Origin: Candidatus Heimdallarchaeota archaeon
GTDB lineage: Archaea; Asgardarchaeota; Heimdallarchaeia; JABLTI01
Assembly: GCA_019056785.1 (NCBI GenBank)
Contig: DXJV01000068.1
Location: 64,001 to 128,000, forward strand
Length of the DNA stretch: 64,000 bases
Reading direction: 5' to 3'
Shown here: piece by piece, positions 30,305 to 41,296 of the stretch
Layout of the letters: every line of letters begins with the position of its first letter
Numbering within the stretch: the first letter of the stretch is position 1
Made by a program: the position numbers and the translations under genes
The notes under the pieces: model-generated
What the model saw: the letters and a program-made list of their open reading frames with translations, nothing else
The model's database searches: none
What the model was told of the DNA's origin: nothing

Positions 30305-31030
30305 ATGGCGTAAAATCTATTGCTAGATAACAATCTGGTTATCGTTAGAAATCAAGATCCTTTGAATTTGGTGAATCTCGAGTTTTTGCTCTTAATGGTG
30401 TAGATATGGAGGTAAAAAAAAGGAGAGTTTGTGGTTATTCTTGGACCAAGTGGTGTAGGTAAAACAACTCTTCTAAACATGATTGGGGGTATTGATCTTC
30501 CAACGGAAGGGGAAGTTATTGTTGATGATGAACTAATAACTAGTTATAACCTCGAGGCGCTAAATGCTTATAGAAGGAATGATGTGGAGTAGGTGTTTCA
30601 ATTCTTTAATATTGTAGCAAGCCTTCGCGCCTGGGAAAATGTGGGGCTTGCTTTGGAGTTTCAAGGAAAATTGAAGCAAGCAGAAATAAAAGAACAAGCG
30701 TTTAAAATTCTGAAAAAAGTAGGATTAGAAGGAAAAGAAGACCGCTTCCCTAGCCAATTGTCTGGGGGGGAACAACAACGAGTAGCAATTGCTCGAGCGT
30801 TAATCAAGAAGCCAAAGATTGTGGTGGCTGACGAACCCACCGGCAACCTCGACTACTTAACCGGGCAGAGCGTTGCAGAATTAATGCGGGATCTTAATCG
30901 GCAAGAAGGGGTAACCTTTATTGTGGTTTCTCATGATTCAAACATCACAAAGTATGCAGATAGAGTTTTTCATCTTCGCATGGGTAAAATTGAGAGAATT
31001 GATGACCAATCGCAAAAAAATACCCCCTAA
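30305..31030 (+). pseudogene. LolD/MacB-type ABC ATPase, disrupted
   Basis: Walker A GPSGVGKT lies upstream of the tracked ORF; TAA at codon 3, indels including an A8 run at ~30414, and in-frame TAG at 30590-30592. Confidence 0.82.
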
Positions 31031-31092
31031 GTCTGAGGGATAACCATACGGATTATAGTGCTTTTTCTCGTTCTTTCTTCTCTCTCCTTTTT

Positions 31093-32187
31093 CTATCGCC
31101 AATAAAAGTACATTGTTTTTGCTTTTTTCGGGAGTTCTATCCCAGACCAGTTAAAAAGATCGATCCCCAATTTTTTCTTAAAGAAAATGAAATTTGCTTT
31201 CACAAAAGGTTTGGCATTAAAATAAGGGATGTATGGTGTTTGCAAGCCTTTCCAACCTCTTTTAACTGCCTCTTGGGAGAGGAAGTTTGCCAGATCTCTT
31301 ATCTCTTTTTTCCTCAATTTATAAACATGTGCACTATCTAACCAGCCAAAGGGTATCTTTTTGCCAAATCCCGCAAGTAGAAATTCCCATGCAAGGATAT
31401 AGCCATCAACTTGACCATCTGTGTTTTCATGGATAACACAAAGAACATTCGGATTACCCAGCATCCATTTTAGAACTTCTTTCTCAGGAATAATAGAAAT
31501 GTCAGCACGCGCCACAAGCTCTTTTGTTAGGTTAAAGATTTCCTCAAAATCGTCAGGTTGGTAAAGTCGGAACACTGGCGAGTGCACCGGCTTGATTTTC
31601 TCTTTCAATTTAAAAACTAATTTTTCATACCATTTGACTTTCACTACTTGTGCGGCTGCTTCTGTGTCAAAAATACGAATCACATATTTATTTAAAGAAA
31701 CTAATCGCATAAGGGGGATGTTTGTCTCTCGTGCTACAGATTGTGAAGTATCTATTCCGTGTTGTTCGGGCTCATGAAAGGAAAAACCAGCTTCATAACC
31801 TGCTTGTTGCCCAAGCTCCAGCATTTTTTCCCCCATTGTTTTAGCCAAACCTTGCTTTTGATGTTTGGGGTGAACACAAAGCCAGGAGGGAATTGCGCTT
31901 TTGTAAACTTTCCCGTCAATTGAAAGGTTCTTATTAATCGTTCCTAAAAAACCAACTATTTCATTAGTTGGCTTATAAATTGCTCGTACAAAGAGTTCGC
32001 GATTAATGCTGGGCGCACCAAACATTATTCGAAAGGTTGGTTCATTAAAAACAATAGTCGCGCCTTCTTGTTGGGCGGCTTCATCAGCAAGAAAAGCAGC
32101 TGTAATTAGCTCTACAAACCGACCAAAGTCTTTCTCTTCTAATGTAAATTGCTCAATTTTGTAATTCTCGCTTGTTTCTACTGCCAT
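31093..32187 (-). CDS. Tandem-GNAT acyltransferase resembling N-myristoyltransferase
   Basis: IVGFLG...WLCVHPKHQKQGLA; second GNAT half FRLYQPDD...KWML; DLFNW near C-terminus. Confidence 0.75.
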   Translation of the reverse strand: MAVETSENYKIEQFTLEEKDFGRFVELITAAFLADEAAQQEGATIVFNEPTFRIMFGAPSINRELFVRAIYKPTNEIVGFLGTINKNLSIDGKVYKSAIPSWLCVHPKHQKQGLAKTMGEKMLELGQQAGYEAGFSFHEPEQHGIDTSQSVARETNIPLMRLVSLNKYVIRIFDTEAAAQVVKVKWYEKLVFKLKEKIKPVHSPVFRLYQPDDFEEIFNLTKELVARADISIIPEKEVLKWMLGNPNVLCVIHENTDGQVDGYILAWEFLLAGFGKKIPFGWLDSAHVYKLRKKEIRDLANFLSQEAVKRGWKGLQTPYIPYFNAKPFVKANFIFFKKKLGIDLFNWSGIELPKKAKTMYFYWR

Positions 32188-32358
32188 ATTGATTGTCTCC
32201 TAAAAAAAATAACTTGCCAAAGTTAATTGTTCTGTAGATTCAGCGTTAATAAACTTTTTTTGCTGCCTTTTAATCCCACTTTGTCTCTAGTAATTGCTCA
32301 AATTTCTCCCATGTAATTGAAAGGCATTCCCCTTCTAGGTTTTTAAACAGAGGTTCTT

Positions 32359-33090
32359 CTATGGCAGAAAATTAGCAAATGATTGTTGCCGTTGTTGAAA
32401 TAACTCATTCTCAAAATATCTTTCAAGATTTTCTCTTCTACGTAAGATTGTTTGGAGTTTTTCATTGGGGTGACTATGCTGTTGCAAAATTTCAGCAAAT
32501 ATTCGTAAAATATCTCCTTTTATCCCTACAGCTCCATGAATAGTAAACCCTTGTTTGCTCAACTTTGCTACTATTTCACTATTTGCCGCAAGGGAAATGA
32601 CCTTGGGATTTAGTGAAGGGCTAAACGCAACAGTTAGTGTGTTTACCTTTGTTTGCCAATTTGGAAGTGCTTCTAGATAATCTTTACCTAATGCAAGATA
32701 AATCAAGTCATAGTTTTTTGTTCGAATGATCTTCGAAAAATCGCTCTCAATTTCCAGTTGGTTTGCTCGTGTTCTTATCATTTGCTTCCCCATTTTCGTG
32801 AAAGAGCAGTCATACACCGGAATAATCTCTTCTTCTTCTACAAACCCAAAGCCTGCCGAGAGGATGTAAAAGTCCACTTCTGCCAGGCGCCTTAGAATGG
32901 TAATTGCTTTCAAGATATTTTTATGTTGTGCCCCCAAATACATTTCCCGTGCTTTACAAGAGCCTTCCGGTAATTTTTGGCGGAATCGTTCTTTGTCGCT
33001 TTTCGTTGTGAGGTCCTTACAGGTCGGTTGTTTGCTGTGTTTAATTGCTTTTGTTTTGGTACATGAACTGATTACTAATATCTTGACCAT
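32359..33090 (-). CDS. YaaA/DUF6884-like protein
   Basis: SSCTKTK, AREMYLG, ILSAGFGFV, YDCSF, LGKDY. Confidence 0.65.
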   Translation of the reverse strand: MVKILVISSCTKTKAIKHSKQPTCKDLTTKSDKERFRQKLPEGSCKAREMYLGAQHKNILKAITILRRLAEVDFYILSAGFGFVEEEEIIPVYDCSFTKMGKQMIRTRANQLEIESDFSKIIRTKNYDLIYLALGKDYLEALPNWQTKVNTLTVAFSPSLNPKVISLAANSEIVAKLSKQGFTIHGAVGIKGDILRIFAEILQQHSHPNEKLQTILRRRENLERYFENELFQQRQQSFANFLP

Positions 33091-33142
33091 TTTTCTTCCC
33101 AGTATCTAATTCAGGTTTCTCAAAGCCAAAGGCTGCCTTTTT

Positions 33143-34063
33143 TTAATAGTCTTTGAATAGTCCTTTTACACTTAAATATCTTTGACCCGAGTCTGCTAAA
33201 ATCACTACCAGAGATTTACCTTTAAATTCCTCTCTTTTAAGAAGCCGTTCAGCCGCATGACAAACCGCGCCAGAGCTGATACCAACAAGTAAGCCTTCTT
33301 TTACTGCCAGGCGTCTACACATAGCAAATGCTTCTTCCTCCTCCACCAAGAAAATCTCATCGATAAGGTCTCTCTCGAGTGTCTCCGGAACAAACCCTGG
33401 AGCAGTGCCCATAATTCGATGGGGCTTAAAAATCCCTTTTGAAATATACGGTGCTTGTGCCGGTTCGATCGCGATTAATTTCACACTTGCCTTTTGCTCT
33501 TTCAGATATTTTCCTGCGCCACAAATTGTTCCACCGGTTCCTAAACCAGCAATTAGCACATCTATATTGCCTTCTAAATCGCGCTAAATCTCTGGTCCGG
33601 TTGTGAGGTAATGGGCTTTGGGGTTTGATGGTCTCACATGCTGACCGACATAAAAATAGTCGGGATGGTTTGTGAGTAAGTCTTTCAATTTTTCGCGAGC
33701 GCCCTTTGTTCCAAGTTCCGCGGGCGTAAGAATTATCTGTGCACCAAAGGCTCGCATGATCTGTCGTCGCTCAACACTTTGAATTTCAGACATCACAAGG
33801 ATAGCTTTGTAACCTTTGACTGCTGAGATGAATGAAACAGCTATTCCTGTATTTCCACTTGTACATTCAATTACTGTGTCTCCTGGTTTTAATTCCCCTT
33901 CTTTTTCGGCGTCCTCAAAAATCTGTAAGATGGCCCTGTCCTTAACACTCATCGGATTTATAAATTCGCATTTAGCAAAAACTGTTGCTTTGGGAAAAAG
34001 ACGCCCCAATCTTATGAGTGGCGTTTTTCCAATCAATTCTGTAATATCATTAGCAATGTGCAT
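33143..34063 (-). pseudogene. cysK: Cysteine synthase interrupted by a single in-frame TAG (33584-33586)
   Basis: IGKTPL, SVKDR PLP lysine, TSGNTG, TTGPEI*RDL, GTGGT, GISSG; both halves in the same frame. Confidence 0.88.
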
Positions 34064-34081
34064 CTTTTAAAGCCCTTCATC

Positions 34082-35608
34082 TCACAAATAATCTACTTTC
34101 ACGCCCAGCTTCTCAAGTTTTTCCATAATAGCTGGTAATCGTTTTAGAAATCGCTTATAGTTTTTTTGTGCCTCCGGTGTCCAAGCTGTTTCAGCATATG
34201 CAAGAAGGCGTGGGAAAACTTGATAATAAAGGCGTTTCTGGTTTGGTACGCGTTCTGTCCATAAAGGAGCTTCAATTCCGAGAATATTTGTAACATATTC
34301 TTCCTCGAGTTTAGCAGGCACGGGATCAAATTCATAGGCTTTCTTTAAAGAAATTAACGTATATGGATAATCTAGGTAAGTGGATAGCATCTCTGACGAA
34401 ACAACCTTCCCACCTCTTCTAAGAAACTTCATCACTTCTTCTTTGTTCCCAAACCAATGCTGGCATAAAACATCCTCCGGTATTTTAGGATGAATGATCT
34501 GCGACCAGCCCATCAACTGTCGGTCATTTTTCTTTAAAAATTTTGCAAAGTAATTAGTCATGAAAGGTTGTAAGTCATCAACCCCCTCAAGCCCTTCCTC
34601 CTGAATTTTCTTTTGACAAGCAGGGCAGTTTTTCCAGTTGGCTGTTAGGACTTCATCCCCACCAATATGAACTTGTTTGGCCGGAAATAAGCTCATAATT
34701 TCCTGCAAAACATTTTCTAGAAAAGTATAGGTCTCTTTTTCCCCAGCGCAGTAAATGTTCTTGAAAATCCCCCATCGTATTGGCACTCTACTCTGTGTTT
34801 TTTTACAACTTAATTTGGGGTAAGCAGCAATCGCTGCGGATGAATGGCCCGGGATTTCGATCTCAGGAATGATGTCAATGAAGCGTTCTTGTCCAAAGGC
34901 TACAATTTCTTGAATGTCTTCTTGAGAATAATGCCCTCCATACACTTCTGGTTCTACTTCTAATGATTGTTCTCCTCGCTTTCCGAGTACCTTTCTTCGA
35001 GAGCCAATTTCCACGAGTTTAGGGTAACGTTTGATTTCAATTCGCCATCCTTGATCGTCAACAAGATGCCAGTGAAACTTGTTTAGCTTTAAAAACGCCA
35101 TTATCTCGAGTAAACGCTTGACAACCTCTTTCCCCATGAAATGCCTTGCCTCGTCCAGCATGAAGCCGCGCCAGCTAAAGCGGGGATAGTCTCGAATGAT
35201 CACTTTAGGAAGGACCCAGAAACCATCTTTTTCGCTCATTAATTGTCGAAGGGTTTGGATCCCATAAAAAATGCCTTGGGGTGTAGGACTACTTATATGT
35301 ATCACGTTGGACACGTTGTTGATCACATAACCGTCCTCAGGTAAATAGGGGTCATCATTTCTCTCAAGAACAATTTGTTGTCGACTTTTTCGAGCATTTG
35401 TAATTGTAGTTTCTATTTTAAAATGCTCTGTGAAAATTTCTTGTAAATACTTGGTCATTTTATCAAATTGCTTCTCAGCAAAGATTTCTACATCGTCATC
35501 CACTGTGTGGAGTCCAACTGTTTGATTGACAACAACTGGTTTGGGTATTAACGGTAAAAGGGTTCTCGGGGACTCGTTCATAAAAATTCGGTTTGTCTTA
35601 TGAATCAA
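34082..35608 (-). CDS. Beta-N-acetylhexosaminidase (GH20), no signal peptide
   Basis: DYPRFSWRGFMLDEARHF, FHWHLVDDQGW, IPEIEIPGH, HIGGDE. Confidence 0.95.
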   Translation of the reverse strand: MIHKTNRIFMNESPRTLLPLIPKPVVVNQTVGLHTVDDDVEIFAEKQFDKMTKYLQEIFTEHFKIETTITNARKSRQQIVLERNDDPYLPEDGYVINNVSNVIHISSPTPQGIFYGIQTLRQLMSEKDGFWVLPKVIIRDYPRFSWRGFMLDEARHFMGKEVVKRLLEIMAFLKLNKFHWHLVDDQGWRIEIKRYPKLVEIGSRRKVLGKRGEQSLEVEPEVYGGHYSQEDIQEIVAFGQERFIDIIPEIEIPGHSSAAIAAYPKLSCKKTQSRVPIRWGIFKNIYCAGEKETYTFLENVLQEIMSLFPAKQVHIGGDEVLTANWKNCPACQKKIQEEGLEGVDDLQPFMTNYFAKFLKKNDRQLMGWSQIIHPKIPEDVLCQHWFGNKEEVMKFLRRGGKVVSSEMLSTYLDYPYTLISLKKAYEFDPVPAKLEEEYVTNILGIEAPLWTERVPNQKRLYYQVFPRLLAYAETAWTPEAQKNYKRFLKRLPAIMEKLEKLGVKVDYL

Positions 35609-35662
35609 AAATTTTTCTTAGTAGAACATTAAAGAATCACATTGAAATTCACTCTTGCAAGT

Positions 35663-36574
35663 TTAAATGATGTTGACTAATAATACCAGGCCAAGACAGT
35701 CAAACCCCATAAATACTGTAAAAAGATTAAAGACAAAGGTATCGGTTTTCCAGCGCTTTTTCCAAAGCACAAATATGGCAAAGGCTCCTAAAATTGCAGA
35801 GAGACTGATAATTACAGCATATAAAATCAGATTAAATTCATAGAGGAAGACCAATCCAATTAATAACAATTCCGCCAAAAAAGTGAATACTAGGTAAACT
35901 ATTGTTGCTGTTCGTTCACCGAAAATTGTTGAGAAATTCCGGTATTGATATTGCTTATCAAGCTGATAGTCCGGCAACTCGTTTGAAATATGTATTAATA
36001 GCCCAATAAAAACCATCATAGGGATATATCATAAATATTTGAGTTTAAAATTCTCAAAGCTGAGCCAGACCAATCTGGGGACAAGTGGGAAGTCTATCAA
36101 AAACGGAAGAAAACTAAAAACAGTTTCTTTTAGGTACACATTGTAAAGCATACAAATAATGTTAGCTGCCTGGAGATATAAAACGATCCAAAAACCAACG
36201 CGCACGAAGAGCGCCAGGACAAAAGAAAGACATGTAAAAAAATCACATAATAACTAACAGCCGCCCAAAAAGCAACTCGAGGTGAGACTCAGCCAAGAGC
36301 AATAACCTTTTGTTTTCCAAAAACACTGTCCTTTTCTCTATCAATATAGTCGTTCTGTGTGCCAATGAATGCTTGCTGGAAAAAAACCGTTATAGTAGTG
36401 AAGGCCCCATACGGCTTAAATCCATCAAGCACAAAAAAAAGTAAGAACCGCCGTTATAAAAGTGACAAAAAACACCGGCAGTACATGAATCAAACGGATG
36501 ATGCCAAAAAAGCGTTGAACTACTGTGATGTTTGTGTTAGAGTTGTTTGCTTCCAAAGCAACCTCATCAGTCAT
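35663..36574 (-). pseudogene. UbiA-family prenyltransferase, frameshifted
   Basis: Manual translation: MTDEVALE...RLIH...QNDYIDREKD...ALG*VSP, and NELPDYQLD in the tracked 3' ORF; frameshifts in T runs plus a TGA. Confidence 0.75.
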
Positions 36575-36607
36575 TGCTTATTCTCATGATTTTTATTAGT
36601 CCATTTT

Positions 36608-37111
36608 TCATTGCCATTTCATTCGTTTACAGTCCCACTCCCGTAGCATCCTGCCTAATTCGCCTAAATGATGTGCGGTATGTCGTAAAAGGTAAAGAAG
36701 CTTTTCAAAAATGGAACTAAACCATTTAAAACCATCTTTTTCTAATAACTGCTCAAACGACAATGTTTTCAAATATGTTGAGACTTTCTCTTCCATTTCT
36801 TTAAGGTAGTTTTCTAATTGCTCTTTTGTCGGGTAGTCTTTTGCCTTATTTTCTCTTCCTTTCGGTTCCAGCAATTTATTCCAAACCATGCCTTCCGGGG
36901 AATTTCGAATGTAAAATTCTTGTGTTTCAAGGATGTGATAAACAGTCTTCGAATAACTCCAATCGTTCTCAGTTCGATACCAATACTTGTCCGGGACATT
37001 TTCAATTGCTTTCCGAAGCATTTTCCACGTACTTGTAAATTGTGCAAGAAGCCCACTATTAAGCCAAATTGCTTGTTTTTGAGGAAGATCCAAAATGAAA
37101 CACCTCTGCAT
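36608..37111 (-). CDS. DinB/YfiT-family protein
   Basis: YHILE and RHTAHHLGEL histidines in a four-helix pattern. Confidence 0.85.
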   Translation of the reverse strand: MQRCFILDLPQKQAIWLNSGLLAQFTSTWKMLRKAIENVPDKYWYRTENDWSYSKTVYHILETQEFYIRNSPEGMVWNKLLEPKGRENKAKDYPTKEQLENYLKEMEEKVSTYLKTLSFEQLLEKDGFKWFSSIFEKLLYLLRHTAHHLGELGRMLREWDCKRMKWQ

Positions 37112-37265
37112 AATTGAGGGTTTTCTCGATTTTAAGCTTTTGTCCTTATTTTTTAGGCGTCATAACTAACTCTTGACAGAAAGAAAGAGAATCACTATCT
37201 AGAAAAGTTTTTTAACGTCTTAACCAACAGTTAATTACCGAAAGAAATTTTCTCTTTTTGCAACG

Positions 37266-37799
37266 GTGAGGCTCTTGGCAGATAAAACGTCGCTTAAAAA
37301 AAGTCAGAAAGAAGTTAAGCAATATTTAAAGGATTTGAGAAGTGACGATCTGTCGGTGCGGGCAAATGCTGCATATATGCTGGGTGTTTTGGGGAAAAAT
37401 GACAAAAGTGTTAAGCGCTCTTTAACTAAAGCCTTGAAAGACCCAAGTTGGGAGGTTCGAAAATGGGCGGCTCTTTCATTGGGAGAAATTGGTGACAGAG
37501 AAAGCACCCTCATCCCTACACTTATTGAAATACTTAAACGAGATGATAGCACAGAATTCAAATCTCATGCAGCGGTTATTTTGGGCGAGCTTGAAAAACG
37601 CGCAGCTTCGGCAATCCCGGCTTTACATCAGGCGCTACAAGATGAAAATAAGCGGGTGCGTGATTGGGCAATATGGGCTCTGCAGAAAATTTCAGGAGAA
37701 AAACCCAAGTATCGACAACAATTTGAGCTTGAGCGACCGAAATTAAGTGAGCGACTTCGATTTGAAAAGCCAAAGCCGAAACAAAAAATCGTAAAGTAG
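37266..37799 (+). CDS. HEAT (PBS-lyase-type) repeat protein
   Basis: Repeated LxDxxxxVRxxAAxxLGxI units. Confidence 0.88.
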   Translation: MRLLADKTSLKKSQKEVKQYLKDLRSDDLSVRANAAYMLGVLGKNDKSVKRSLTKALKDPSWEVRKWAALSLGEIGDRESTLIPTLIEILKRDDSTEFKSHAAVILGELEKRAASAIPALHQALQDENKRVRDWAIWALQKISGEKPKYRQQFELERPKLSERLRFEKPKPKQKIVK

Positions 37800-37891
37800 C
37801 TGCTATTTTTTCCTTTACGAAAATTCACCCAAGAAAATCTAGAGTAATGTTCTTTTTTTATTAAAGAAAAAGACGCTGGGCGCCCAAGCAG

Positions 37892-38314
37892 CTAAAATTT
37901 GCTTGGACTATAAATGCCTAAAAACCGGTTATAATTCCCAATTAATTTGCCCTTTTCTTCTAGAAATAAAAACCAGTTGTGGATTTCTGCACGCAAAAGT
38001 ACCATATTTGAAGCGAGTGTCTGGCGAGAATCCTCTGCAATATAGAGATTTCTAACAAAGGTGTATCCCATCATTGTATATGCCTCTGAAAAGATTACAT
38101 TTGATATTTGCTCGAGTGTTAGATCCCTGTCAGCGTTCAAAAGAACCCGGACAAATGCTCGCACTTGCCAAGTCATAAACTCTTTATATCTCTTGGCATA
38201 TGGCCCCATCATTGCTTTAATGAACCCTCCAAGCGGGCTATTCGATATATCCGTTCGTTCCAAAGCATAGGGCATAAGAAATTCCTCTAATTCTAATGCT
38301 AGTTTCTCACTCAT
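37892..38314 (-). CDS. Hypothetical protein
   Basis: 140-aa ORF filling the gap; GAGG upstream. Confidence 0.65.
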   Translation of the reverse strand: MSEKLALELEEFLMPYALERTDISNSPLGGFIKAMMGPYAKRYKEFMTWQVRAFVRVLLNADRDLTLEQISNVIFSEAYTMMGYTFVRNLYIAEDSRQTLASNMVLLRAEIHNWFLFLEEKGKLIGNYNRFLGIYSPSKF

Positions 38315-38579
38315 TATTGTCCCTCGAGTTGTTTAACTACTCAAATTGTTGTGTGTCATTTTTTCTTATAAATCTTAGCTAATGTTGATAGCAGTTCTAC
38401 AATTCATTCCGAATCTTTGGAAAGGACGTTTCAAAATCAATGGTGTCAAACTTTTTAACCTTTGATTGTCTTAACATTTAAATTGCCTTCTTCGTTTAAA
38501 ATCTCTGAGGCAAAGTTTTGGGTGTAAGTTTTAAATATACGAAGTCCAAACAATAAACGAACGAATTTGAGGATTTTCC

Positions 38580-41264
38580 ATGGTTAAAGTAACCCCGATG
38601 CAAAGGCAATTCAATACTTTCAAACGAAAATATCCTGACTGCTTAATTCTGTTTCGAGTTGGCGATTTTTTTGAAATGTTCGGTGACGATGCGAAACTGG
38701 GCGCTAAAGTTCTGGGCATCACTCTTACTTCCCGTGCCGGTGAACCCCTTGCAGGAGTTCCGGTAAAAGCTGTTGATGCCTATCTCTCAACACTCGTTAA
38801 GCACGGTTACAAAGTTGTTGTCGTTGAGCAGTTGGAAGACGCCTCAGAGGCAAAAGGAATTGTAAAAAGGGGTGTGGTGCGTGTTCTCACTCCTGGGACG
38901 ATCACAGAAACCACCATGCTCGAATCGAGCGAGAATAATTATATTGTTTCCCTTTTTGAAAAAGGGCATAAGTACGGCTTGGCTCTTGCTGACGTTTCAA
39001 CAGGAGAATTTCGCGTCACCGAATTTACTGGCAAAGATGCAGTTAATGAGCTTGCTATTGAATTAACACGCATTGATCCTTCTGAGTGTTTGCTTCCCGA
39101 AAAACACACTTTCCATGAAAAAATTCTTGAAACACTCGATGGTGTCTTATTTACTCCCCTTGAAAATCACCGCTTCTCTTATGACGCTGCTTATCAATTG
39201 TTAACTGAGCATTTTCAAACGAAAACACTAGAGGGTTTTGGCTGTGAAGATAAACCTTTTGCGGTCTCTGCTGCCGGGGCTCTCTTAGATTATTTGATGG
39301 AAACACAAAAAACAAAACTGGATAATATCCGTCAGCTCTCTTTGTATTCCACTAAGGGTTTTATGGTTATTGACCAGACCTCTTTTCGAAGCCTTGAATT
39401 GACGAAGAATATCCGCGATAATTCTTCAAAAGGAACTTTAATTGAAATCTTAGATAAAAGCTGCACCTCAATGGGTGGGCGGTTTATTCGAAGACTTCTT
39501 CATAGGCCCTTATTGGATCCTAAGAAAATAAATGAGCGCTTAGATGCGGTAGATGAGCTTGTGAAAGATTCTATCGCTCGGAAAGAGCTTCGCGCTGTTC
39601 TCCGAAACATACAGGACTTGGAGCGGCTTTCTAGTCAGATTTCTTTGCGTCGAGCGAACGCCAGAGATATCATCTCAATTAAGAATTCTTTGAAAATAAT
39701 CCCTCAGATTAAACAATTACTGGGAAAACTACATTCGAGCCCTATTGTCAGGCTCTCCACTGAACTTCAGCCACTAGCACCGCTTATTAAGGTGATAGAA
39801 AAAGCTATTAAAGACAATCCATCGGCCGCTTTGAAAGAGGGGAATATTATCAAAAACGGCTTTAATACTGAGTTAGATGAGCTCCGAGTTATCTCAGATG
39901 GCGGTAGAAAATGGCTCTTGAATTACGAACTTGAACAGAAAACAAAAACAGGTATTAAAGCTCTCCGGGTGGAATATAATCGTGTCTTAGGTTATTATAT
40001 ACAGGTTGGGAAGAATTACCTCAATCTCGTTCCGGACTCCTACGTTTTAAAGTCAGAGGTAACAAACGGGAAACGCTATATCACTCCTGAGTTGAAAGAT
40101 TTCGAATCGAAAATTCTAAACGCCAAAGAGCAGATTAATGATTTAGAGTACAAGCTCTTTTGTGAAGTGCGTGAAAAAGTTCACTCGCAAATCGCCAAGA
40201 TCCTCATTAATGCTGAAAAGATTGCCGAACTTGATTGTTACACCACCTTTGCTGAAGTGTCTCGAGAGAACAATTATGTTCGCCCGACTGTGAATAATTC
40301 ATTGAAAATTTCCATTACGCAAGGCCGGCACCCTGTTGTTGAAAAGCTTTTGAGTGACCATCCATTTATCCCAAATGATGTGAAAATGGATAATGCGACA
40401 GACCAATTGCTCATCATTACCGGTCCAAACATGAGCGGTAAATCGACCTTCCTCCGGCAAGTAGCACTCATTACTCTTATGGCTCAAATCGGAAGTTTCG
40501 TTCCTGCTGAGAAAGCTACTATTGGAATTGTTGATCGTATTTTTACCCGCATAGGTGCATCTGATGATATTTCGAAAGGGTTGTCGACTTTTCTTGTTGA
40601 AATGAATGAGACAGCCAACATCCTGAACAATGCGACTAAACGAAGTTTAATCATTCTCGACGAGATCGGACGTGGCACATCGACATTCGATGGAGTGAGC
40701 ATTGCATGGGCAGTAGCAGAATATATTCATAATTCAAAAACGCTGGGTTCAAAAACACTTTTTGCTACTCATTATCATCAGTTGATTGATTTAGAGAGTT
40801 ATCTCCCACGCGTTAAGAATTATCATATTGAGGTCAAGAGAAAAGAAGATCAAATTCTCTTTCTCTATAAAATCATGCCCGGTGGAACAGACAAAAGTTA
40901 TGGAATTCAAGTGGCGAAACTCTCAGGCATGCCTCCACCCGTCATTAATCGCGCTAAGGAAATTCTTCAATTTCTCGAACAACAAAGTAGCAAGGAAAAT
41001 GCTCATGCGCAAAAACCTGCAAAAGGAGTGGTCATTCAAACAGATTTGTTTGGGCAAGTGGCCGGAAACAAACCACTTGCTGAGACATCACTTTCCTCAG
41101 GCATTTTTGCTAAATCGCTTCGAAGTGAAAAGGATCGCATAAATGAGGAGATTGCCGAAGAGCTACTTGAAATTGACATTAACCAACTTACCCCTCTGGA
41201 GGCTCTTAACAAACTGCATGAAGTGAAAGAGCGCCTGAAGGAAAGTTATGAAAGAATGAGTTAA
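38580..41264 (+). CDS. mutS: Mismatch repair protein MutS (MutS1)
   Basis: TPMQRQF, GDFFEMF, TGPNMSGKST, STFLVEM, DEIGRGTST, ATHYH, SYGIQVA. Confidence 0.98.
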   Translation: MVKVTPMQRQFNTFKRKYPDCLILFRVGDFFEMFGDDAKLGAKVLGITLTSRAGEPLAGVPVKAVDAYLSTLVKHGYKVVVVEQLEDASEAKGIVKRGVVRVLTPGTITETTMLESSENNYIVSLFEKGHKYGLALADVSTGEFRVTEFTGKDAVNELAIELTRIDPSECLLPEKHTFHEKILETLDGVLFTPLENHRFSYDAAYQLLTEHFQTKTLEGFGCEDKPFAVSAAGALLDYLMETQKTKLDNIRQLSLYSTKGFMVIDQTSFRSLELTKNIRDNSSKGTLIEILDKSCTSMGGRFIRRLLHRPLLDPKKINERLDAVDELVKDSIARKELRAVLRNIQDLERLSSQISLRRANARDIISIKNSLKIIPQIKQLLGKLHSSPIVRLSTELQPLAPLIKVIEKAIKDNPSAALKEGNIIKNGFNTELDELRVISDGGRKWLLNYELEQKTKTGIKALRVEYNRVLGYYIQVGKNYLNLVPDSYVLKSEVTNGKRYITPELKDFESKILNAKEQINDLEYKLFCEVREKVHSQIAKILINAEKIAELDCYTTFAEVSRENNYVRPTVNNSLKISITQGRHPVVEKLLSDHPFIPNDVKMDNATDQLLIITGPNMSGKSTFLRQVALITLMAQIGSFVPAEKATIGIVDRIFTRIGASDDISKGLSTFLVEMNETANILNNATKRSLIILDEIGRGTSTFDGVSIAWAVAEYIHNSKTLGSKTLFATHYHQLIDLESYLPRVKNYHIEVKRKEDQILFLYKIMPGGTDKSYGIQVAKLSGMPPPVINRAKEILQFLEQQSSKENAHAQKPAKGVVIQTDLFGQVAGNKPLAETSLSSGIFAKSLRSEKDRINEEIAEELLEIDINQLTPLEALNKLHEVKERLKESYERMS

Positions 41265-41296
41265 GCAAAAGGTTCGTTAAGCATTCGAAAGTCTTT

